A DNA stretch of 32,010 bases from the IMG/VR virus record IMGVR_UViG_3300027744_000070, positions 1-32,010 of that record; one strand, 5' to 3'. This document shows positions 10,093 to 18,974 of this stretch, one piece after another (the stretch's first letter is position 1; each line of letters opens with the position of its first letter). The translations under genes were made by a program, and so were the position numbers. The notes below the pieces were generated by a model. The model did no database searches, had not been told where the DNA came from, and saw only the letters and a program-made list of their open reading frames with translations. The stretch is from a virus (taxonomy: Duplodnaviria > Caudoviricetes).

Positions 10093-11229
10093 ATGCCATA
10101 TAGTATTGATAGATATAGTGGTACAACACCAGTAGTAGTAGAAGATGGTACAATTAATAGTACATTTGATATTAAGCTAATCGGCAAAAATTACGCTGGT
10201 TACGGTGAAGTACAAAACGAGAATTTCCTACATTTGTTGGAAAGCTTCTCTGGCGGAAGTCAACCCCCTCGTCCAATTAGCGGCCAAATTTGGTTTGATT
10301 CGACTCAGAGTAAACTAAAATTCTATGACGGTAGTAGATTTCGATCTACAGGCGGCGCAGAAATTGGTGGCGATGAACCTGTAGGATTAACAACAGGTGA
10401 CTTTTGGTTTGATACTGATAATAATCAACTTTATGTTAAAAAACCGTCAACCGGATATGTATTAATCGGCCCGCAAACTGCCGGCGGCATTGGTACCACA
10501 CAGATGCGTTCTAGATCAGTAAAAGACGATCTAGGTGTATCTCATGCTATTATTGAAGCTATTATTAATGATGAACCTTTATATGTAATTTCTGCAGATG
10601 AATTTACACTTGATGATGGTATTAATCCTATTTTAGGATTTAGCGACATTAAAAAAGGTCTTACACTAACAGGTACAGATTCAACAGGAGTTACGTCAAC
10701 TGCTCACACATTCTGGGGAACTGCTAGTAATGCATTACAAACTGATGAATTACTAGTGCAAGGCACATACAGACTTGCTACTACACTAGCAACTATAAAC
10801 ACTGTTGCTGCAAGAGATGCAAGCGGCGACCTTTATGCAAATGTATTTCAAGGTACTGCTACTACAGCTAGATTTGCTGACTTAGCAGAAAAGTATCTTG
10901 CAGATGCAGAATATGCTCCAGGTACTGTTATGGTAGTAGGTGGAGAAAAAGAAATAACTGCTAGTTCATGGGGCAAACGTGCAATAGGTGCAGTAAGTAC
11001 AAATCCTGCTTACATGATGAATAGCGAATTAGAAGGCGGTACTTATGTTGCACTAAAAGGGCGTGTACCTGTTCGAGTTATTGGCGCAGTGAAAAAAGGT
11101 GACAATCTTATCGCAGCAAACAACGGGTGTGCTAGCGTAGGAGTCCATCATTCAACTGATGTATTTGCTATTGCTTTAGAATCTAGTAACGATACCAGTG
11201 TAAAGTTAATAGAAGCAATTATATTGTAA
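10093..11229 (+). CDS. Tail fibre/spike protein with a C-terminal peptidase G2-like intramolecular chaperone domain
   Basis: Shared N-terminal domain (LIGKNYAGYGEVQNENFLHLLESF...GQIWFD). The C-terminal ADLAEKY...PGTV...GAVSTNPAYMMN...VALKGRVPVRV.G.VKKGD pattern is typical of peptidase_G2-like autocleaving domains. Confidence 0.7.
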   Translation: MPYSIDRYSGTTPVVVEDGTINSTFDIKLIGKNYAGYGEVQNENFLHLLESFSGGSQPPRPISGQIWFDSTQSKLKFYDGSRFRSTGGAEIGGDEPVGLTTGDFWFDTDNNQLYVKKPSTGYVLIGPQTAGGIGTTQMRSRSVKDDLGVSHAIIEAIINDEPLYVISADEFTLDDGINPILGFSDIKKGLTLTGTDSTGVTSTAHTFWGTASNALQTDELLVQGTYRLATTLATINTVAARDASGDLYANVFQGTATTARFADLAEKYLADAEYAPGTVMVVGGEKEITASSWGKRAIGAVSTNPAYMMNSELEGGTYVALKGRVPVRVIGAVKKGDNLIAANNGCASVGVHHSTDVFAIALESSNDTSVKLIEAIIL

Positions 11230-11238
11230 GGAAAGAAA

Positions 11239-12141
11239 ATGGCAGCAGGTGTTGGACAATTAATTCAAGCAACAGACTATAACAGTATTAGAGCTGTTGT
11301 AGATACTGTGATGGGTACAGGTACTAGCGGGTATGGACAGACTTTAACTTCAGCTGATGTATCCGCCGGTAATCAAATCACCGCACTGCAGTGGCTTAAC
11401 CTGCGCACTGACATGGTAAAAGCAAGACAACACCAAGTTGGTTCTGCAGTTGGATCAACTACAGCAACAGACGGTAGAAATTTAGTGGTCCCGGCCAGTG
11501 GAGCAGCAATCACGGAAGCATTTAGATCTCAATACAGCACATTTGCTACTACTCTTAACACTAACAAGTACTCTATTGATACAGATAGTGCTGGCGGACA
11601 ATTCTCAACAGAAGGATTGCTCACTAGGACACAATCATCTACTTGGAATTCAACATTGACTCATACTGTTACTATTACTGGTAACACAGGCGGAAATGGA
11701 TCTGCAGCTAATATGCGTTATTTCTTTAATGCAGGCGGCAAAATAAGAATTAGTGCAAACATAACTACTGGCACTAGTAAGAACAATGACTGGAACACAA
11801 TGTTCACTCAAATGGGCGAATTTGTTATGAACTATACTGCTACAACATACACAGGGTCATCAGCAACTAGTTATTCAATCGGCTGGGAAGATCTAAATAC
11901 TAGCAATCAATTAATTGGTGAAAAGGCAGCACCTGCAGGATCATATGCTGAGAACAGATACTATGCGTATGCTAGAAAATCTGCTGATGGCACACAATTA
12001 ATTCTTACAATGGAATACCGCGATAATGATGCAGGCGATCCAAACTTTGACGAAGATGTACAACCAACACTAAACACAGTGGTTGCAATGTATCGCCCAA
12101 GCGGCACAAATGTTTCTGTATTAACACCAACTGCTGCCTAA
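11239..12141 (+). CDS. Ser/Thr/Gly-rich virion structural protein (fibre-associated)
   Basis: 300 aa with RBS AAGGAAAG. T/S/G/A-rich beta-type composition, contains RYFFNAGG.I, and is the last gene of the fibre block. Confidence 0.55.
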   Translation: MAAGVGQLIQATDYNSIRAVVDTVMGTGTSGYGQTLTSADVSAGNQITALQWLNLRTDMVKARQHQVGSAVGSTTATDGRNLVVPASGAAITEAFRSQYSTFATTLNTNKYSIDTDSAGGQFSTEGLLTRTQSSTWNSTLTHTVTITGNTGGNGSAANMRYFFNAGGKIRISANITTGTSKNNDWNTMFTQMGEFVMNYTATTYTGSSATSYSIGWEDLNTSNQLIGEKAAPAGSYAENRYYAYARKSADGTQLILTMEYRDNDAGDPNFDEDVQPTLNTVVAMYRPSGTNVSVLTPTAA

Positions 12142-12165
12142 TCAGGACGGCAATACCCATACCTC

Positions 12166-12199
12166 TTGACAAGATAACTACTATATTGTATAGTAGTTA
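12166..12199 (+). promoter_or_regulatory. Sigma70-type promoter overlapped by an 11-bp palindrome, upstream of the glycosyltransferase cassette
   Basis: TTGACA (12166-12171), a 17-nt spacer and TATAGT (12189-12194). Perfect inverted repeat TAACTACTATA-ttg-TATAGTAGTTA (12175-12199). GGAGG RBS at 12204-12208. Confidence 0.7.
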
Positions 12200-12213
12200 C
12201 TCTGGAGGTCTCT

Positions 12214-12561
12214 GTGGACGAACGATTAGAAAAAGCATTTCAAACAGCCAATTACATGGCTACACTTGGCAATCTTAGAAAGACTGCCTTAGAAGAATAC
12301 AACCAAAGTCTCATCTATTACTTTCAAGGATCCAGTTTTACTGTGTCTAGAGAGTTGATTGTTTTTGTGCATACATTAACTGAGCTTGGGAATACAGAAT
12401 CAATTCTATTAGATGACAACCGTATTCCTTTAAAAGTTTCAAACTTACAGGAATTTTTAGATAATATGTTGTCAGTATATAATGAAGCAACTAATGAATA
12501 TTTGGCCAAGTATGCAGACTTAAGATCTAAAAGACGAGTTGGAGATCTAGTAAATCTATGA
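12214..12561 (+). CDS. Hypothetical protein, possibly tail-fibre assembly chaperone-like
   Basis: GTG start with GGAGG RBS. Helix-beta-helix layout with LDDNRIP, loosely similar to fibre-assembly proteins. ATGA overlap with the next gene. Confidence 0.5.
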   Translation: MDERLEKAFQTANYMATLGNLRKTALEEYNQSLIYYFQGSSFTVSRELIVFVHTLTELGNTESILLDDNRIPLKVSNLQEFLDNMLSVYNEATNEYLAKYADLRSKRRVGDLVNL

Positions 12562-13394
12562 CTCGTGGTGTTCTAATTTTTGCTCAAAATAACAGTGAAA
12601 TTGACTATGCTAAAATCTCATTGTTTGCTGCCGAACAAGTTAAACGACATCTAAATGTACCTGTTAGTTTAATCACTGATAGTAAAGATTGGTTATTACA
12701 AAGTCAACCAACGGCAGCAGATGTGTTTGATCAGTTTATTACAACCTGGACCGACACACAGCAGACAAAAAGATTCTATGATGGTACACTTGCATCTAAA
12801 ACATTAACGTGGAAAAATCTAAATAGATCAGATTGCTATGATCTAACTCCCTATGATGAAACACTGGTTATTGACAGTGACTACATTATTAATAGTTCTA
12901 ATCTAGCTAAGATATGGGATAATGTTAATGATTTTTTAATCTACCAAGATAGTTTTGATCTTGCTCAGTGGAGAGATGATAGAAGTTTTAGATACTTAAA
13001 TCAATATGCTATTCCTTTCTATTGGGCAACGGCGTTTTACTTTAAAAAGTCAAAAGTAAATCAAGCGTTTTTTGATCTTGTAAAGCACGTTAAACAAAAT
13101 TGGGGTTATTTTAGAGCTCTATATAATATTGATTCAACTGTGTTTAGAAACGATTTTGCGTTTAGTATCGCAATACATATGATGGGCACTGACTTTGCTA
13201 AATCGTTACCTGGTAAAATGAACTACACTCTTGATAGAGATGTGCTAGTTGACATAGAAGATACTACGTTAAAATTTTTAGTTGAAAAGAAAAATTATTC
13301 AGGAGAATATATTGCTACTAAAACTAAGGATCTAGACATGCATGTTATGAACAAATACAGTCTAACAAGATACTTAAACAAGGAAGCACAATGA
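12558..13394 (+). CDS. GT-A-fold glycosyltransferase-like protein (paralog A1)
   Basis: N-terminal GVLIFA strand and YDLTPYDETLVIDSD with a DxD motif after a hydrophobic strand, followed by FYFKKS and RNDFAFSIA. Confidence 0.7.
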   Translation: MTRGVLIFAQNNSEIDYAKISLFAAEQVKRHLNVPVSLITDSKDWLLQSQPTAADVFDQFITTWTDTQQTKRFYDGTLASKTLTWKNLNRSDCYDLTPYDETLVIDSDYIINSSNLAKIWDNVNDFLIYQDSFDLAQWRDDRSFRYLNQYAIPFYWATAFYFKKSKVNQAFFDLVKHVKQNWGYFRALYNIDSTVFRNDFAFSIAIHMMGTDFAKSLPGKMNYTLDRDVLVDIEDTTLKFLVEKKNYSGEYIATKTKDLDMHVMNKYSLTRYLNKEAQ

Positions 13395-14215
13395 CACAGG
13401 GCTTCTTAGTTATTGCACAAAATAGCGATGTTGATTATGTTCGTCAAGCATACGCCCTTGCACTAAGCATTAAGGCTACTCAGCCAACAATTAATAATAT
13501 TAGTATTGTTACTAATGATCATGTGCCTGAAGAATATCAATCAGTTTTTGATCAAATAATTCCTATACCGTTTGGTGATGCTGCTGCCTCTAGTGAATGG
13601 AAAATTGAAAATCGTTGGAAGTTATATTATGCAAGTCCATATGATGAAACTATAGTATTTGATGCTGACATGTTAGTATTGGATAACATTGAACATGCAT
13701 GGAAATTTGTTAATGATCGTGATTTATTTTTTACATCTCGTGTAGCAGATTATAAAGATCGCACTATTGTTGATACTGTATATAGAAAAACATTTGTAGA
13801 AAATGACTTGCCTAATCTATATTGTGGAATGTTCTATTTTAGAAAATCTGAAACTGCCCTAACATTTTTTAAACTAGTTGAATTCATTACAAATAACTGG
13901 CAACGAATTTATTACGATAATGCTCCTAAACAACAGCAGAAATTTTTTAGCATGGATGTTACTGTAGCTATTGCTGCAAAAATATTAGGAATTGAAGATA
14001 CAATAGTTCACACTAATTCTCCTTTTACTTTTGTACACATGAAACCTGCATTACAAGGATGGGATCCTATTCCAGTATCGTGGTTAACTCAAATGATGAT
14101 TAATTTTAACAATCGTAGAGAATTATATTTTAATAATTTTAAACAATCAGGCGTAGTACATTATGTTGAAGATCAATTTCTTACTGATCAAATTATTGAG
14201 AAATTAAATGTATAA
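13391..14215 (+). CDS. GT-A-fold glycosyltransferase-like protein (paralog A2)
   Basis: YYASPYDETIVFDADMLV (DxD), FYFRKS, and a C-terminal FVHMK His. Visibly paralogous to 12558-13394. Confidence 0.72.
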   Translation: MTQGFLVIAQNSDVDYVRQAYALALSIKATQPTINNISIVTNDHVPEEYQSVFDQIIPIPFGDAAASSEWKIENRWKLYYASPYDETIVFDADMLVLDNIEHAWKFVNDRDLFFTSRVADYKDRTIVDTVYRKTFVENDLPNLYCGMFYFRKSETALTFFKLVEFITNNWQRIYYDNAPKQQQKFFSMDVTVAIAAKILGIEDTIVHTNSPFTFVHMKPALQGWDPIPVSWLTQMMINFNNRRELYFNNFKQSGVVHYVEDQFLTDQIIEKLNV

Positions 14216-14837
14216 TCCTGAAGAAGATATTATTCCTCCAGAACTGTTGGCACAAGCACTAGCATTGAGCAACACATCTTTAGTATATAGAGTGTACTTT
14301 GATAAAGATAACGGAAATTTGTTGTCTATTACTAACGAAGAAAATTTATCCTTTTCAAATTTTGTTGAATTTGAATATGATACAATTAGAGAATTTTTAG
14401 TTGAAAAAAAACAATTAGCAAAATATAAAATTATTTTTATAGATCAAAACACACCTAAGATTGTATCTATATATGAAGATTCAAGCACAGGAATATTTTT
14501 AACTGAAGTTCCAGTAGTTGATAATTGGGACAACATGTTTACTATTGAAAATTACCCATTACTAAAAAAATGGGGGTTTCAAATTAGGCCAGATCAAAAA
14601 CAGTCTTTATTAAAATATAATCTTAACACTAGTCTTGAGATTTATGTAGTAGACAATAGTAGCATGAATTTTATCTATAGAACTATTAAACTTTCTGTAA
14701 ATGATTTAATTAACAAAGATAGAGAGCTTGTAGATTATCAGTTAGATAAAGAAGGTGATATTATTAACATATCGGTATATGTTAAACAATTTTTTTCCAC
14801 AGTTGGATATCAAATATTATATGACACAAACAGTTAA
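14208..14837 (+). CDS. Hypothetical protein within the glycosyltransferase cassette
   Basis: 209 aa, overlaps both neighbours, very AT-rich, no catalytic motif seen. Confidence 0.7.
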   Translation: MYNPEEDIIPPELLAQALALSNTSLVYRVYFDKDNGNLLSITNEENLSFSNFVEFEYDTIREFLVEKKQLAKYKIIFIDQNTPKIVSIYEDSSTGIFLTEVPVVDNWDNMFTIENYPLLKKWGFQIRPDQKQSLLKYNLNTSLEIYVVDNSSMNFIYRTIKLSVNDLINKDRELVDYQLDKEGDIINISVYVKQFFSTVGYQILYDTNS

Positions 14838-15735
14838 AATTTTAGATTACGATATAATTTACCTTAGTTACGACGAACCAAATGCAGAAAAAAATTATGC
14901 AGATTTACTAAAGAAAGTGCCGTGGGCAAAACGTGTTCATGGCGTTAAAGGTAGCGATGAAGCACACAAGGCCTGCGCTAGATTAAGTGACACAGACAGA
15001 TTTGTCACAGTGGACGGTGATAACATTGTACGTGAAGACTTTCTTAATCAAGAAGTCAACTTTGAAGAACATAAAGACTTATCAAAGTGTGTTATTAGTT
15101 GGGCAGGATACAACGTAGTCAACGGACTTATGTACGGCAATGGCGGATTAAAGTTGTGGCCTAAACAGTATGTGCTAGACATGAAAACACATGAAAACGC
15201 ACCCGCTGACGATCCTAATGCACAGGTAGATTTTTGTTGGGATGCAGAATACATACAGATGAATAGTTGTTACAGTGATGTCTATAATAATGCTAGCCCA
15301 TTCCAAGCATGGCGAGCTGGATTCCGTGAAGGCGTAAAGATGTCACTTGATCGCGGAGTTAAGACTGCTAACAAAGAATTTAAGAAAGAAATACATTGGA
15401 AAAATCTACAACGATTACTAGTATGGCTTAATATAGGACAAGACACTATTAATGGTAACTGGGCTATATTAGGAGCAAGACACGGTTGTTATATGACTAA
15501 TTGTACAGATTGGGATTACGTGCAAGTTAGAGACTTTGAGTATCTTACCAACATGTGGAAAACAGAAATAGAAAGTATAACTGATTTAGATACTAAAATT
15601 TCTTACTATGGAAATGAGTTAAAAAACGCACTTGATCTTGAAATTGCTAACTTAGATGCAGATGCTAGTAAATTTTTTAAAGCAGTACACCTACAGCAAT
15701 ACAGAAATGGTGTTGGATTTTTGGATAAAGAATAA
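14821..15735 (+). CDS. GT-A-like glycosyltransferase (paralog B1)
   Basis: Likely start is MTQTVKILDY at 14821. Motifs DIIYLSYDEPNA, AHKACA, FVTVDGDN (DxD), YGNGGLKLW and QAWRAGFREGVK. Confidence 0.65.
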   Translation: MTQTVKILDYDIIYLSYDEPNAEKNYADLLKKVPWAKRVHGVKGSDEAHKACARLSDTDRFVTVDGDNIVREDFLNQEVNFEEHKDLSKCVISWAGYNVVNGLMYGNGGLKLWPKQYVLDMKTHENAPADDPNAQVDFCWDAEYIQMNSCYSDVYNNASPFQAWRAGFREGVKMSLDRGVKTANKEFKKEIHWKNLQRLLVWLNIGQDTINGNWAILGARHGCYMTNCTDWDYVQVRDFEYLTNMWKTEIESITDLDTKISYYGNELKNALDLEIANLDADASKFFKAVHLQQYRNGVGFLDKE

Positions 15736-16802
15736 TGTACGATCTAGTATTTTATAATTCTAAACCGTTATCAGTTGAACGCGGCAAATTACTAACAGAA
15801 AAATTTCCATTTGCTAAATTTATAGAATTTGATATTACGCTAACTAATACAGCTGAACTAGCTAAGAAAAATGTTTTTACTAACTTCTTTTGGTTCATTG
15901 ATTCTAGTTATGAATTTTTAGATGACATGTTAGTATTTGAACCTAAAAAATGGGATAGTGAATACATCCATGTTTTTAAACTCTATCAACAATATACCGA
16001 AAAATGTCAATGCTATCTTATTGCAAAAAATAGGCAAATAGATACTACGCAAGAGTTTTTCACTAGTGTAAAATATAATAATCAATATACGTTGCAAGAT
16101 ATAACATACGACATATTTTTTCTATCTTACAATGAGCCCAATAGTTGGGCAAACTGGCAAATACTAAGTAAGAGATTCCCTCAGGCAAAACGTGTATACG
16201 GAGAAGCCAATATCTATCTCAGTCACAAGGCCTGTGCTGAACAATCTACAACAGATTATTTTTGGGTAGTTGACGCTGATAATGAAGTACTAGATTCATT
16301 TAACTTTGATTATTTTGTAGAAGATTATAACTTTGATCTAGTACATATTTGGCATAGTCGTAATGAAATAAATGATCTAGAGTACGGCAATGGTGCTATT
16401 AAGCTATTGCCTAAAATGTTGTTTGGTGGAACAGAAGGTGGAGTTGACATTACTACTAGTCTTAGTAATAAACTTAAAATTATTCCTACAGTAGCAAGCG
16501 TTAATAGATTTGCATCTAGTCCGTGGAATGCATGGCGTAGCGGATTTAGAGAAGCTGCAAAGTTAGCCAGCAGTACGATTGCACGAACAAATCAAGATGA
16601 GACTGCTGAACGATTACAAGCATGGACCACTAAAGGATTAGATAGACGGTTTGGAGAATATGTAATACCGGGTGCAATGTTAGGTATGCAGTATGGAATT
16701 GAGAATAAAAATAACCAGGACGCATTAATTAAAATTAATGACTGGTCCTGGTTGTACGAACAATTTAAACTTAATGTTAAGTTGCCAATGCGCCCTGAGT
16801 AA
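15735..16802 (+). CDS. GT-A-like glycosyltransferase with a degenerate N-terminal duplicate domain (paralog B2)
   Basis: The C-terminal part has DIFFLSYNEPN, SHKACA, FWVVDADN, YGNGAIKL and AWRSGFREAAK, matching B1. The N-terminal ~115 aa is a decayed copy (FFWFIDSS). Confidence 0.65.
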   Translation: MYDLVFYNSKPLSVERGKLLTEKFPFAKFIEFDITLTNTAELAKKNVFTNFFWFIDSSYEFLDDMLVFEPKKWDSEYIHVFKLYQQYTEKCQCYLIAKNRQIDTTQEFFTSVKYNNQYTLQDITYDIFFLSYNEPNSWANWQILSKRFPQAKRVYGEANIYLSHKACAEQSTTDYFWVVDADNEVLDSFNFDYFVEDYNFDLVHIWHSRNEINDLEYGNGAIKLLPKMLFGGTEGGVDITTSLSNKLKIIPTVASVNRFASSPWNAWRSGFREAAKLASSTIARTNQDETAERLQAWTTKGLDRRFGEYVIPGAMLGMQYGIENKNNQDALIKINDWSWLYEQFKLNVKLPMRPE

Positions 16803-17460
16803 CTAGATCAGTAGCCATTGGAAAGATAGCAGCAATTGCACTAGCACATGCAACGGCTACTTCTTGATGCTCTTTCTGTGTACCATTTGCACTACGTAGT
16901 TCAATAAAATGTATCCAGCTACGTAGAGTACCGTTCATATATAAACGACTTTCAATAAGACCTTCTGGTAGTACTGCTCGAGCCTGCTCTTTTGCTATGC
17001 CATTTTTAATAGCCCATTCGTACTCTCTTTTTGCGGCATAGATAACTCTTTGTTGGGCACGAAACCATTCGTTTTGTAAATCTGTATCATCTACTTGAAC
17101 ACTGTTCTGGCGATTCTTTGGATCTTGTAGTCTTGCTTCTCTAGTGACAAAGTTAAGATCTTTAGTAGGGTCCGCATATCGTTGGCTAAATTCTTGAAAA
17201 CTAAAACTCCTATGTCTAAGAATTTGTCTAGCAATATCTCTAGTGGTAGTAATTTCAATACAGGCTGAAACCATTTCAAGTGGCGACCAGTGTTGATGTT
17301 TGACTAGATACTTAATTAGTTTCTCACTAGTTTCTGTATTAAGTTGATTGCTAGGATTGCTAACACGGGCGCAGTACGCAATAAGTTCTTGCGCATCGTC
17401 AACTCCTAAATTAGCAAATTCTTCTGTTGGTTGTGAATATGATAAAAGTTTAACGTTCAT
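16777..17460 (-). CDS. thyX: Flavin-dependent thymidylate synthase ThyX
   Basis: ThyX signature RHRSFSFQEFSQRY, plus ARVS, HWSPLE, EQARAVLP and QKEH. Confidence 0.96.
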   Translation of the reverse strand: MNVKLLSYSQPTEEFANLGVDDAQELIAYCARVSNPSNQLNTETSEKLIKYLVKHQHWSPLEMVSACIEITTTRDIARQILRHRSFSFQEFSQRYADPTKDLNFVTREARLQDPKNRQNSVQVDDTDLQNEWFRAQQRVIYAAKREYEWAIKNGIAKEQARAVLPEGLIESRLYMNGTLRSWIHFIELRSANGTQKEHQEVAVACASAIAAIFPMATDLVTQGALAT

Positions 17461-17777
17461 TTTAATTTTCGTTTTCTTAAAAAAAGATTAGTATGTTTAA
17501 TCATGTCTTTTTTAACTCTTTCTGTATCTAGTTTAAAATCAACATTTTCAATTTCGCTTTCATAAGATGCTAGCATTTCTTTAAGATTCTGTTCAAAAGC
17601 ATCCCAGTCGTCTTTTGCCTGTTTTGAACTTATTTTAATTTCCCAAACTTTTTTATTTTTAAATGTAACCGTGACTGAGTCTAAGTATACTAGGGGAACT
17701 ACGTTTAACGTAATTTCCCCAAATACTTCAGGCCAATGTTCAACAACATCTTTAGGAAATATCTTTCCTTTATTCAC
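17457..17777 (-). CDS. Hypothetical protein
   Basis: 106 aa with 4-nt ATGA overlaps with both neighbours. Confidence 0.7.
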   Translation of the reverse strand: MNKGKIFPKDVVEHWPEVFGEITLNVVPLVYLDSVTVTFKNKKVWEIKISSKQAKDDWDAFEQNLKEMLASYESEIENVDFKLDTERVKKDMIKHTNLFLRKRKLK

Positions 17778-18430
17778 GCTTTAACAGTAGCTTTTTTCTT
17801 TGTTGGCGCAAGTGCTTCAGCTTGTCTGCGTAATTCGGCCGCTTCTTTGCTTAGTCTATCAGCATCACTGCGATATTTTTTAGCAAGTGCGTCATCGGTT
17901 AACGGCTCGATGGATTCGTTAACCGACATGCTAGTAGTGCGTCCGTAATCTTCCTGATCCATTAATGGATCAGTGTTGCCAGTTTTAGGACTAATATCAG
18001 CTACTCTTGCCATTTCTTGAATTTCAACATTCTGATTTGCATTAGGCTTAATAGCAAGATCCTGTACGCTAACACCTGCTTGTTGTGCAATAATTTGATT
18101 TAATTCTGACAACATAATAGTTGTCTGCATATTAGGAACCATCTCAATAGCGTCAGTCGGAAACTTAGCCATTAGTCCTTTTACATGCAAGCTAGGTAAC
18201 ATTGTGCTACCGTCTGAAAATACAGCACGAGCTAATACTTCACTAAATTCATTTGCAGATTGAGCTGCATTAGACTCGACCAGACTTACTAGTTGATCAT
18301 GATAGCTTGAGTCAAGACTTTCTGTTTGAACAACAAGACAACTAAATGCATCGCCTGGCAATGTTCTAAACACTACCATACATCTACGACCAGTTGTTTT
18401 AATTCTTCCTACGTGTTTTAAGGATTGCAT
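17774..18430 (-). CDS. Hypothetical protein with C-terminal coiled coil and basic tail
   Basis: 218 aa with AAGGAG RBS. C-terminal helix ADRLSKEAAELRRQAEAL followed by KKK. Confidence 0.75.
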   Translation of the reverse strand: MQSLKHVGRIKTTGRRCMVVFRTLPGDAFSCLVVQTESLDSSYHDQLVSLVESNAAQSANEFSEVLARAVFSDGSTMLPSLHVKGLMAKFPTDAIEMVPNMQTTIMLSELNQIIAQQAGVSVQDLAIKPNANQNVEIQEMARVADISPKTGNTDPLMDQEDYGRTTSMSVNESIEPLTDDALAKKYRSDADRLSKEAAELRRQAEALAPTKKKATVKA

Positions 18431-18431
18431 A

Positions 18432-18653
18432 TCAAGCTCCTTGCTTTGATGTTTTTGCTACTGAATCTAAAAATGCAGACAGTTTATTGTATGTTTGCCC
18501 AACGGCTACCATTTCGTTAGGCTTAAAAGCACCGCGTGAACTAGCAATGTCAATAATAGTTTTCATAGCACTAAGATCGCTAATGGTTAAATCATTTGAT
18601 TCTTGTTGTGGCGCAGTTTCTGCCGGTTGTTGTATATTGGTTTCTTCAGTCAT
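18432..18653 (-). CDS. Small hypothetical protein
   Basis: 73 aa with a strong AGGAGG RBS. Contains IIDIASSRGAFKPNEM. Confidence 0.75.
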   Translation of the reverse strand: MTEETNIQQPAETAPQQESNDLTISDLSAMKTIIDIASSRGAFKPNEMVAVGQTYNKLSAFLDSVAKTSKQGA

Positions 18654-18695
18654 AAGACCTCCTTATATGAATTATATATGCTTATTAATTATCTG

Positions 18696-18974
18696 TTAGG
18701 TTAAATGTGGGCAGGCAAGTTTGAAGAAACTAAGTTCTTTTTCTTGCTCAAATCCAATTTTAGTAACGTAGACTATTGTATTGTCTACTAGATCTACAGC
18801 TTGTCCTACATAATAGCGACTGTTAAGATTTTGATATATCCAAGAGTCTATTGTTTTATGATAGGTAGGTGTATATTTTTCTAATAGTGTATAATGAAAA
18901 TGATGTGCTGGAAAAGAGACTTTTCTTAAATCTAATGCATTAAGTGCATTAGGTTTACCGTTTTTTAATGCCAT
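18696..18974 (-). CDS. Hypothetical protein
   Basis: 92 aa, TAATG-coupled to the upstream methyltransferase-like gene. Confidence 0.7.
   Translation of the reverse strand: MALKNGKPNALNALDLRKVSFPAHHFHYTLLEKYTPTYHKTIDSWIYQNLNSRYYVGQAVDLVDNTIVYVTKIGFEQEKELSFFKLACPHLT

Noticed and set aside
12132-12152. Weak hairpin around the stop of the 11239-12141 gene
   Set aside because: The stem is bulged and short with no U-tract, too weak to call a terminator.
3154-15254. Short minus-strand ORFs (3154, 3814, 5503, 7759, 8236, 12324, 15048)
   Set aside because: They are antisense shadows wholly inside long, motif-bearing + strand genes and show no recognisable motifs.
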